The notes: generated by a model not told the origin, from the letters alone. Shown: positions 7,280 through 15,463, numbered from the stretch's first letter. The stretch is 64,000 nucleotides of DNA from an uncultured Bacteroidales bacterium (GCA_964461045.1 CAYWSJ010000004.1:1361-65360), one strand, 5' to 3'. Translations and numbers: made by a program.

Positions 7280-9880
7280 TTAAAATTCTATTCCAATTAA
7301 TAACACGTCATCTATTTGTTTATTGTTTTTTTTCCATTTCCTGTAGTCACTTGCAAAGAAACTTGAAAATTGCTGCATCGTTAAATCCTTATTTTCCAGT
7401 ATATTTTCTCTGATTTTTTTCGGTGTATATTTCCTTTTATCGGGCCCACCAATTTGATCGGGCAAACCGTCAGTGAAGAAGAAAATTTTATCTCCTTCTT
7501 TATATTTAATGATATGGTTTACAAAATCTTTTTCAGCCTTTTTCCTGTGGGGAATCCCGCCAATGGCTTTTCGGTTTCCTTTGTACTGTGTTAATTCACC
7601 ATCCCTCAGTAGGTATAAAGGTCTGTGTGCTCCGGCGTATTGCAGTTCTTTTTTCTTTTTGTCAATCCGGCACAGTGCAATGTCCATTCCATCTCTTGCT
7701 TCGGCATCAAACCTGTCTTGTTTCAGGGTAGATCTGACACCAAAATGAAGCTTGTCAAGAACCTGGGCAGCGGTATAGTTTTTATTGTGGTCCACAATAT
7801 TGTTTAACTGGAAATACCCAATAAATGACAGCAATGCTCCGGGCACTCCATGCCCTGTACAATCGACAGCTGCAATGAAAATAATATCTTCTTTTTTAAA
7901 GAACCAGGGGAAGTCACCGCTTACGACGTCTCTGGGTTCGTAGAACATAAATGATTTTGGCAGGTATTCCTGTACAATAGTATTGCTTGGGAGTATTGAT
8001 GTTTGAATTCTTTGTGCATAGTTTATACTGTCTGTAATCTGCTTATTTTTTTTCTGGATTTCCATTTCTATTCGTTTTGCCTCTGTAATGTCGTGTCCGA
8101 CGAAAAGAATGGTTTCCAGTTCACTTTCATTGAATTCCGGGATCGCTTTAAAATTCATTATGCGTTCGCCTAATTTAGCGGTAGGAATTGTGATTTCTTT
8201 GTTGAGTGTTTCATTTTTCTTTTTAATTTCTTCAATGGAATCAACAAAGAAGTGGGCAAGTGTTTCTTCTATTTCAAGGTCTTTTATGCGTGTATTGATT
8301 AATTTTTGTGGGTCAATCCCTACATATGATTTTGATACAGGATTAGAGTAAAAGAACTGACCCCTGGTATTAAGTCGCATAATTAAGTCGGGACTGTTTT
8401 CTGAAAGGGACTGCATCTTACTCTTCATTCTTTCTTCTTTCTCTGCTCGTTTTCTTTCAGTAATATCCCTTGAATTGAGTATGATACCATTTATGGCAGG
8501 ATCTTCGAGAAGGTTTCTTCCTGTAGTCTCGAGGAAGATTTTTTTGCCGTCCTTTTTGATATAGGTATATTGTAGAGTTTGTGGCTCCTTTGGATTTTCC
8601 TTGAGTTTCTTAAACATGTCTTTCAGAGCAGCTTCCCCTTTCGCTGTAAGTCTTTCCATGTCTTTTCCACGCATCATTTCAGCCTGTGTGTATCCAAGGA
8701 TATTTTTAACGTTTGGACTTTGGTATTTGAGTTTCAGGTTTTCGTCGTATATCGAGATTACCTCGGATGCATTTTCAAGGAGTGCTTTAAGGCGTTTCTG
8801 GGCATTTTCAACCTCCTTTATCTGTGCTTCAAGTTTTTTGTTTGATTTTTCAAGCTCCTCGTGGGTAGCCCTCATTTCCTCTGCGTTCTGTCTTAGCTCC
8901 TCCTCATTTTCTTTCAGTTCCTGGGTCATTTGTTGTGATTCCTGAAGCAATTTTTCTGTCTTTTGGTTCATCTTCAGGTTGTAGATTGTTCTGGCGATAA
9001 TTTCGGCCAGCTCACGAAGGAAATTTATGGTAAGTTCGGGTATTTCTTCTTTTATATCTGCAAATTCAATAACACCCTGAAGTTTTTCGTCTGCTATAAG
9101 AGGCACTATTAAAAGGCTTTTGGGTTTTTTGTCACCCAGAATACCAGATGTAATAGTTGCGTAGTCATCAGGAATTTCTGTTCGATAGATGTAGTCCATC
9201 TCATAGGCACATTCACCGATTAGTCCTTCTCCAACTTTGAATTCCTGGTTAATATATCTTTTTCGGTTATAGGCGTACGTCGCAACGTTTACCAGTTTTT
9301 CTTCTTCTTCATTATAGATGTAGAGAGCGCCCTGTATTATATTGATGTAATCGATTAATTTTACAATCACGTCAAATGCAAGGCCATCTATATCATTATG
9401 TAATCTTAAAATTTCCGAAACAATATCTTTCCCTTCTGCAATCCAGTTTCTTTCTTTTTCTTTCTGGTTACTTTCCAGCAGGTTATTTCTCATCCTGAGG
9501 AGTGATTTCCCAAGAACGTCGTTTTCATTTTTTATTTCTAATTTGGCATCGTAATGTCCTTCGCCAATTTTTTTTGCAAAAGTTGCATTTCTGTCTATAT
9601 CAAGATCTCTCTGGTTAATGATGTCTTCGAAAACAAGTTTTTCTTTTTCTCTTTTGCGGTAGTAAATATAAATTACAACCCCAATTACAACAGGGATAGA
9701 GTCAATAACCCATAACGTAGGATTGGTTTTGTGAATTTGGGCAATGGAAGAGAATGAAAAGGCAAGGTTGCCGGAAATAATATTAATAACCCATGCTATT
9801 ATGGGTATTAAGATAGAAACAGCAACTCCTGTAAGAATATCATTTTTGGTTATTGTAATTGAATTTTTTTCTCGACTCAT
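7280..9880 (-). CDS. membrane sensor PP2C (SpoIIE/RsbU-type) phosphatase: 2 TM, HAMP-like, GAF, Q/E-rich coiled coil, 2 PAS, PP2C (SiaA-like)
   Basis: PP2C motifs SGDFPWFF, AAVDCTGHGVPGALLS and FFFTDGLPDQ. GAF ending LIVPLIADEKLQGVIEF. Two PAS-like blocks. ATG at 9880 preferred; the ORF track uses an upstream TTG at 9913, which would overlap the preceding gene by 17 nt. Confidence 0.85.
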   Translation of the reverse strand: MSREKNSITITKNDILTGVAVSILIPIIAWVINIISGNLAFSFSSIAQIHKTNPTLWVIDSIPVVIGVVIYIYYRKREKEKLVFEDIINQRDLDIDRNATFAKKIGEGHYDAKLEIKNENDVLGKSLLRMRNNLLESNQKEKERNWIAEGKDIVSEILRLHNDIDGLAFDVIVKLIDYINIIQGALYIYNEEEEKLVNVATYAYNRKRYINQEFKVGEGLIGECAYEMDYIYRTEIPDDYATITSGILGDKKPKSLLIVPLIADEKLQGVIEFADIKEEIPELTINFLRELAEIIARTIYNLKMNQKTEKLLQESQQMTQELKENEEELRQNAEEMRATHEELEKSNKKLEAQIKEVENAQKRLKALLENASEVISIYDENLKLKYQSPNVKNILGYTQAEMMRGKDMERLTAKGEAALKDMFKKLKENPKEPQTLQYTYIKKDGKKIFLETTGRNLLEDPAINGIILNSRDITERKRAEKEERMKSKMQSLSENSPDLIMRLNTRGQFFYSNPVSKSYVGIDPQKLINTRIKDLEIEETLAHFFVDSIEEIKKKNETLNKEITIPTAKLGERIMNFKAIPEFNESELETILFVGHDITEAKRIEMEIQKKNKQITDSINYAQRIQTSILPSNTIVQEYLPKSFMFYEPRDVVSGDFPWFFKKEDIIFIAAVDCTGHGVPGALLSFIGYFQLNNIVDHNKNYTAAQVLDKLHFGVRSTLKQDRFDAEARDGMDIALCRIDKKKKELQYAGAHRPLYLLRDGELTQYKGNRKAIGGIPHRKKAEKDFVNHIIKYKEGDKIFFFTDGLPDQIGGPDKRKYTPKKIRENILENKDLTMQQFSSFFASDYRKWKKNNKQIDDVLLIGIEF

Positions 9881-9896
9881 ATCAATAAGCTGTATA

Positions 9897-10676
9897 TTAT
9901 ATTTTATTAGCAAGTTGCTCGCCTAATTTTTCTTTCAAAGATGCAAGCAGTTTTTCAGTTTTTTTCCCATACACTTTAAATGAAGCCAGTTCTATTAGTC
10001 CTATTGTTTTTTCCTGGTTAATTACAGGGATGTAAAGTATGCTTTTAGGTGAACTGCTTCCCAGTCCGGAAAGTATTGTAATGTAATTTTCCGGTATTTT
10101 AGTCAGATTTAATATTTTCTGATTTTGAGCTGTCTGGCCTGAGAGTGTTGACCCAAGATCAAAATCTTTTGGTTCTTCTTCTCCAAAATATGCAAATTTT
10201 CCAGCTATTGTAAATGTATCAGAATCTTTTTTTCTTGTATAATACAGGCCCTGGACAATATCAAATTCTTTAGCAAGATTACTGAGTACCTGTTCTGTAT
10301 GTTTTTGTAAAGAAGCTTTGCCTTTTGTGTCTTTAGGAATGATTTTTTTATGCAGAGATTCTATTTCTTTTTGGTCTATTTCCTGTTCTTCCTCTTCATC
10401 TTCTTCTTTTTTGGCTGTATCTCCCTCAATATCGGTAAGGTATGTTTTTTTGATATATTCTTCTTTACTTATTTTTTCTTTGGTGAGTGTAATAATTTGA
10501 ATATAGAGCCCCAATCCGGTTAAGGTTGCTATTCCAAGCAGGAAATAAATAATGGTAGCCTGGAAATCCTGATCTAATGAAATATTTCTGATTCTGGCCA
10601 GTACGAGAACAAGGATAATTAAGAATATGAAGAAAAAAGCAGTGCTTAATATTTTATGTGATTTTTTATAACTCAT
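9897..10676 (-). CDS. membrane-anchored GAF-domain protein with acidic linker
   Basis: 259 aa with two N-terminal TM segments. Linker KKEEDEEEEQEIDQKEIE. C-terminal GAF-like block ending YIPVINQEKTIGLIELASF. Confidence 0.6.
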   Translation of the reverse strand: MSYKKSHKILSTAFFFIFLIILVLVLARIRNISLDQDFQATIIYFLLGIATLTGLGLYIQIITLTKEKISKEEYIKKTYLTDIEGDTAKKEEDEEEEQEIDQKEIESLHKKIIPKDTKGKASLQKHTEQVLSNLAKEFDIVQGLYYTRKKDSDTFTIAGKFAYFGEEEPKDFDLGSTLSGQTAQNQKILNLTKIPENYITILSGLGSSSPKSILYIPVINQEKTIGLIELASFKVYGKKTEKLLASLKEKLGEQLANKI

Positions 10677-10683
10677 TAAATTG

Positions 10684-11241
10684 TTATTTTAAGTTTTGTA
10701 AATAATCAATTATCTGATCTGTTGTATAAACATAATCTACATCCGTTACTCTTAAAGATGCTTCTGTCATTGTTGCCACTTCACATTCTTTAGGATCTTG
10801 CACAATAGCTGTTCCTCCCAGTTCTTTCACTTTTTTAAGTCCTTGTGCGCCGTCTCTGTTAGCTCCTGAAAGGATTATTCCAAGCAGGTTTTTATTGTAT
10901 GTTTGAGCTGCTGTTTCAAAAGAAAGATCAATTGATGGCCTGGAATGATTTACAGGTTCTTCAGTGGACAAAGCAATTTTTTTGTTTAATTCTATATACA
11001 TATGATAGTTTGACGGGGCCAGATATGCATTCCCTGGTTTGATGGAATCTTTATCATGGGGTTCAATTACCGGGATGTTTGATTTAATAGACAGTGCCTC
11101 CACAAACCCTGACCTTACATGCTTAAGGCGATGCAGGTTGAGCAAAATGGGCAATGGGTAACCTTTTGGCAATGATTGTAAAATTTTTGTAATCACCCTG
11201 AAGCTACCGGCAGAACCTCCTATGATAACAGCTTTAAACAT
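10684..11241 (-). CDS. cheB: protein-glutamate methylesterase, catalytic domain only (no receiver domain)
   Basis: 185 aa. VIIGGSAGSFRV (Ser motif), LHRLKH region and GANRDGAQGLKKVKELGGTAIVQDP (Asp motif), as in CheB_methylest. The start codon directly abuts the stop of the upstream CheR-like gene. Confidence 0.8.
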   Translation of the reverse strand: MFKAVIIGGSAGSFRVITKILQSLPKGYPLPILLNLHRLKHVRSGFVEALSIKSNIPVIEPHDKDSIKPGNAYLAPSNYHMYIELNKKIALSTEEPVNHSRPSIDLSFETAAQTYNKNLLGIILSGANRDGAQGLKKVKELGGTAIVQDPKECEVATMTEASLRVTDVDYVYTTDQIIDYLQNLK

Positions 11242-12072
11242 TTAAGCTAATTTTTTCTTATAGATTTTTTCGTTTTCGTTTACTAATATATAATCTTTCT
11301 CTGAATTCCAATAATCAATTTTTTCATTCATTCCAATTATAAGGTGCCCGCCAGGAACCAAACAGTTGTATAGTGATTTAAGAAGTCTTTCTTCAAGGAT
11401 CTGGTTAAAATACAACAAATGGTTTCTGTAAAAAATTAGTTTTATCCCTTTAGGATATTGCTCAAAGATAGTATTTTGTTTGATAAATTTAATATTTTTA
11501 AGTAATGAAATATCGATATAGGCACTTTCGTCTTTTATTGTGTAATAATCACTTAGTGGTTTTTCGTCAATTATCCTTTTGAAGTTGGATTCATTCACAT
11601 CAATTTTGGTATAGTCAAAGTATCCTTCCTGAATCTTGTTAAGGTGGATCTGACTAATACTGCTTACTAAAAACTGAACCTTATCAAGTACGCCTAAATA
11701 ATCAAGAAGAATGGCTACTGAATACAATTCTTCTCCTGAGCTTACCTCGGGGAACCAAATTTTGTACTGGGAGCTTTTTTGTAAAATTTGAGGAAAAAAG
11801 TCGTCTTTTAAGTATCTCCATAAGGATGGATCCCGGAACATTTCAGTTATTTCAATGCATAATTCTTTCAGGAATATTTCAAAGAAATCTTTATCATTTT
11901 CAATCCTTCTGATAAAGTTATCTGCATTTTTAAGGTTATATTTATCAATAATCAATTCTACTCTTCTTTTAAAGAAAGTGAGGGCATAATTTTTAAAATT
12001 AAAGTCATACTTTTCTTTAATCGCCTTTATAATATTTCTAGTATCTACAATTCCTAATTCGTATCTTGCCAT
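11242..12072 (-). CDS. CheR-like methyltransferase paralogue with diverged SAM-binding loop
   Basis: 276 aa with CheR N-terminal helical region plus MTase fold (EMFRDPSLW, LIFYRNHLLYF). The canonical AGCSTGEE loop reads PEVSSGEE. Confidence 0.7.
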   Translation of the reverse strand: MARYELGIVDTRNIIKAIKEKYDFNFKNYALTFFKRRVELIIDKYNLKNADNFIRRIENDKDFFEIFLKELCIEITEMFRDPSLWRYLKDDFFPQILQKSSQYKIWFPEVSSGEELYSVAILLDYLGVLDKVQFLVSSISQIHLNKIQEGYFDYTKIDVNESNFKRIIDEKPLSDYYTIKDESAYIDISLLKNIKFIKQNTIFEQYPKGIKLIFYRNHLLYFNQILEERLLKSLYNCLVPGGHLIIGMNEKIDYWNSEKDYILVNENEKIYKKKLA

Positions 12073-12094
12073 TTTAGAATTGATTTAAGTCTGT

Positions 12095-12937
12095 TTAATA
12101 TTTTTTTCTGTAAAAATTTCCTCTTTTATCAAATTTATTGGCTATTTCTCCCAGCATACTTTCGTGCATGCCAAAAAGCAAATAGCCATTGGTATAGAGG
12201 TGTTCATAAAATCTTTGAAAAACCTGGCTTTGCAATTCATATTTAAAATAAATAATTACATTTCTGCAAATTATCAAATCAAATTTTGCAAAATATAGAT
12301 CTTCTCCCTTAACCAGGTCATGTTTTCTGAAGATTGGTTTTTCCCTTAGGAAATCATTCATTTCCAGGGAGTCTGATATTTTGTTTATTTTAAAATACTT
12401 TGAGTATGGAACATCATTGTATTCTTCGTAATTAAAAGGATTTTCCTTTACTACTTTATCAAAATTATCAAGGTATCCAATATTAAACCGGTATTTAAAA
12501 ACACCCTTTTTGGCTGCTTCCAGAGCATCTATATTAATATCAGTTGCAAATATTTTAGCCTTATCAAACAAGTCAAGTTCATTTAGCAGGATCATCATTG
12601 AATAAACCTCTTGTCCGGTAGAGCAACCAGCGTGCCAAATATTTATGTTTTTGTTATTTTTGAATTTGGGAAGAATTCGGAAACGTAGGTCTTGCCATAC
12701 TTGTGGGTCTCTGAAAAGTTCGGTTGTGTTTACAGTAATGTCTTTTACTACTTTTTCAAGGAAAGCCCGGTCATTCTTTAATTTGTTAATAATGGTGGAA
12801 ATATCCATTTTGTTGTCATCCAAGACTTTTTGAATTCGTCTTTTAAGGGATTTTTCAGAATACTCCGTGAAGTTGTACTCCGAATGATTTTTTATAGTTG
12901 TAACAAAATAAAGGACTTCCTTATCAGTTAGACCCAT
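12095..12937 (-). CDS. cheR: protein-glutamate O-methyltransferase
   Basis: 280 aa. ELFRDPQVW, IWHAGCSTGQEVYSM and DLIICRNVIIYF are canonical CheR motifs. Confidence 0.85.
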   Translation of the reverse strand: MGLTDKEVLYFVTTIKNHSEYNFTEYSEKSLKRRIQKVLDDNKMDISTIINKLKNDRAFLEKVVKDITVNTTELFRDPQVWQDLRFRILPKFKNNKNINIWHAGCSTGQEVYSMMILLNELDLFDKAKIFATDINIDALEAAKKGVFKYRFNIGYLDNFDKVVKENPFNYEEYNDVPYSKYFKINKISDSLEMNDFLREKPIFRKHDLVKGEDLYFAKFDLIICRNVIIYFKYELQSQVFQRFYEHLYTNGYLLFGMHESMLGEIANKFDKRGNFYRKKY

Positions 12938-12961
12938 GTAATAATTATGGTTAAAATTTCA

Positions 12962-12969
12962 CAAATATA
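12962..12969 (-). promoter_or_regulatory. Bacteroidota-type -7 box (TATATTTG) for the cheR operon
   Basis: Minus-strand TATATTTG matches TAnnTTTG, 24 nt upstream of the ATG at 12937. Confidence 0.4.
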
Positions 12970-13102
12970 TTACCTTAATACGGTATTTTTTTTTTTTAGT
13001 TTTAATCTTTGGTAATTATTAATATTTACATTATAAAATTAGGGTTTTAAAAATAAGAAAATTCTGGCAAACGTGCATTTATTTATTTGATTTATTAGAA
13101 GT

Positions 13103-14767
13103 ATGAATAAGAAGAATTTAACTTTAGCTGTTTATGGAATACAGGATATTGATGATAAAGTATATCCTGTTATGGTTCATGATCACAACATTTGTTTATT
13201 TAATGACGGACAAATTAAAAAATATCTCCAACTGGAAAGGTTTTCCCGAAAAAAATATGACAACCAGATGCCGGTTTTCCTCGAGAAGTTGTTAAAGAAA
13301 GAAAAGCTTGCCGGAATTGAAAATATTGATTTGGTTTTTGTGGATAATGTAATTGGCTCTTCCTTTATCAATAAAAGAGGAAATATAAGGTTTGAAGCCC
13401 CATTATGTGATTCATTAGCTGAGGGATTAAAAGAAGGAAGAGGGTACTGGTTTGGAAAAGAGGTGAATGCGTATTTATGCAATCACGAATTGGCACATAT
13501 TTATAGCAGCATTCCTTTCTTCGGCATGTTTAAAAACAATAGTTTGTTAGTTCATTTTGACGGAGGTGCCAGTCTTTCAAATTTTTCTGCCTGGCATTAT
13601 GCAAATGGAGTTTTAAAGAGACTTGAGTATCACTGGAAACTGAATTATTTGTCTTCTTTTTTTAATTCTAATGCACTAACATTCTCGATTATTGGTACAA
13701 GTTTAAAGGATCAAAACAGTTTGCCCGGGAAATTAATGGGTTTTTCATCTTACGGTAGATACAGGGAAGAGCTGGAAAAATGGCTGAAAGAAAATGAATA
13801 TTTTGAAAATATCTGGAAACAAAAGCAGGCTTTTTTTGATAAAGTCAAAGAAGATCATGGAATAGAACTCAAACATTTTAACCAGAAACATCCTTTTGTT
13901 CAGGATATCGCTGCCACAATTCAGTACATATTTGAAAGAGACTTTATTAACTATATTAAGGAAATTAATAATGATGTTCAGGCAAATTATTTGTATTATA
14001 CAGGAGGTTCTGCATTAAATATTAAATGTAACGCCACCCTTGTTAATGAAAATCTGTTCCGGGAAGTTTTTATTCCACCCTGTACAAACGATTCTGGTTT
14101 GTCCATAGGAGCCGGTGCAATGCTCGAAAGGAGAAAGCACAGGGAGATTAAGATTCATTCTCCCTATCTTAATAATTGGGGTTTAAAAGAAAGTTATAAT
14201 GAGAATTTTGAAAATTCCGTCCGGTTGTCTGCCAGTGAAATTATGAAAGGCAAGGTAGGAGCTATTTATAATGGATTTGGAGAGGTTGGTCCAAGAGCTT
14301 TAGGGAACAGAAGTATTATAGCAAGGGCAGACAGCAAAAGTCTGGCCCAACATATAAGCTGTGAGCTAAAAGGAAGAGAGTGGTATCGTCCCCTTGCTCC
14401 TGTGATGCTCGCAGAAAACCTTTCTTCTTTTACTGGCAGAAAAGAGGAGGGGAGCCTATCTCATTATATGTTGACCGAATTTGAAATATTACCTCAAAAA
14501 CAAAAAGAAATAGATGGTGTGGTTCATGTGGATGGAACTTCAAGAATACAGACAATCATAAAGAAGGAACAGAATCCTTTTCTTTATGAGTTGCTGAAGT
14601 TTCTCGACCAGGAATATGGTTTAAAAGCGCTTATAAATACTTCATTTAATGCAAAAGGAAAACCTATCGTGCATTCGCCTGAAGATGCAACAAACGAGGC
14701 GAGTCAAATGGGACTGGATTTCTTAGTGTTGAATGGAGATTTTAGTTTCCCAAAGGAATGCTCTTAA
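13103..14767 (+). CDS. NodU/CmcH-family carbamoyltransferase
   Basis: 554 aa. N-terminal ASKHA-like half. C-terminal GEVGPRALGNRSI, WYRPLAPV, DGTSRIQT and NTSFN motifs. Confidence 0.8.
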   Translation: MNKKNLTLAVYGIQDIDDKVYPVMVHDHNICLFNDGQIKKYLQLERFSRKKYDNQMPVFLEKLLKKEKLAGIENIDLVFVDNVIGSSFINKRGNIRFEAPLCDSLAEGLKEGRGYWFGKEVNAYLCNHELAHIYSSIPFFGMFKNNSLLVHFDGGASLSNFSAWHYANGVLKRLEYHWKLNYLSSFFNSNALTFSIIGTSLKDQNSLPGKLMGFSSYGRYREELEKWLKENEYFENIWKQKQAFFDKVKEDHGIELKHFNQKHPFVQDIAATIQYIFERDFINYIKEINNDVQANYLYYTGGSALNIKCNATLVNENLFREVFIPPCTNDSGLSIGAGAMLERRKHREIKIHSPYLNNWGLKESYNENFENSVRLSASEIMKGKVGAIYNGFGEVGPRALGNRSIIARADSKSLAQHISCELKGREWYRPLAPVMLAENLSSFTGRKEEGSLSHYMLTEFEILPQKQKEIDGVVHVDGTSRIQTIIKKEQNPFLYELLKFLDQEYGLKALINTSFNAKGKPIVHSPEDATNEASQMGLDFLVLNGDFSFPKECS

Positions 14768-14867
14768 AAGACATAAAAAAACCTTAATTCTACATTTCTG
14801 TTTTATTAATCTGAGAGTGTAGTTAAACAAAAGTTTTATCTTTTTGTTTTAATAAGAAAACAAGATT

Positions 14868-15254
14868 ATGAATTATTACACAAATAAAATCATTGACGGA
14901 AATTTTGATGAGGTAATTGAAAAGGTAAAAGGCAAACTAAAGGAAGCCGGTTTTGGGGTTTTAAGTGATATTGATGTTCGGGAAACACTTAAGAATAAAC
15001 TGGATGTTAATTTCAGAAACTACAGAATTTTGGGTGCATGCAATCCGCCGAATGCACACAAGGCACTTTCTGCTGAACCGCATATAGGCCTTATGTTACC
15101 ATGCAATGTTGTTGTTCAGGAGAAAGAAGAGGGTAAAATCGATGTTGCTGCCATTGATCCAATAGCTTCAATGACAGCAGTGGAAAATTCAGAACTGGAC
15201 GAAATTGCTGAACATATTAAGAATCAATTGGAAGGAGTAATAAGTAGTTTATAG
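14868..15254 (+). CDS. DUF302 domain protein
   Basis: 128 aa. GFGVLSDIDVRETLKNKL and YRILGACNPPNAHKAL are typical DUF302 patterns. Confidence 0.75.
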   Translation: MNYYTNKIIDGNFDEVIEKVKGKLKEAGFGVLSDIDVRETLKNKLDVNFRNYRILGACNPPNAHKALSAEPHIGLMLPCNVVVQEKEEGKIDVAAIDPIASMTAVENSELDEIAEHIKNQLEGVISSL

Positions 15255-15256
15255 TT

Positions 15257-15463
15257 ATGCCACTTTTTGTTAAATTAATTGTCATTGCGATTGTATTGGT
15301 AGCCATTGTGATGGGCGTTTTCGGACTAAAACTTCTTTCCGACAAAAGCTCTAAGTTTAATGTGGAAACCGATAATGAGAAATATAAAAAAATGAAGGAA
15401 GAAGGGATATACAGTGTCTATAAAAAAGAAAACGAACAATCCGAAGACAAAAAAGATTCGTAA
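15257..15463 (+). CDS. small single-pass membrane protein
   Basis: 68-aa ORF starting 2 nt after the DUF302 stop. One TM (LIVIAIVLVAIVMGVFGL) followed by a K/E-rich tail. Confidence 0.4.
   Translation: MPLFVKLIVIAIVLVAIVMGVFGLKLLSDKSSKFNVETDNEKYKKMKEEGIYSVYKKENEQSEDKKDS

Noticed and set aside
13064-13076. Sigma-54-like TGGCA...TGCA upstream of the carbamoyltransferase gene (rpoN is encoded in this window)
   Set aside because: Only 7 nt separate the GG and GC dinucleotides, against the 10 nt required by the -24/-12 consensus.
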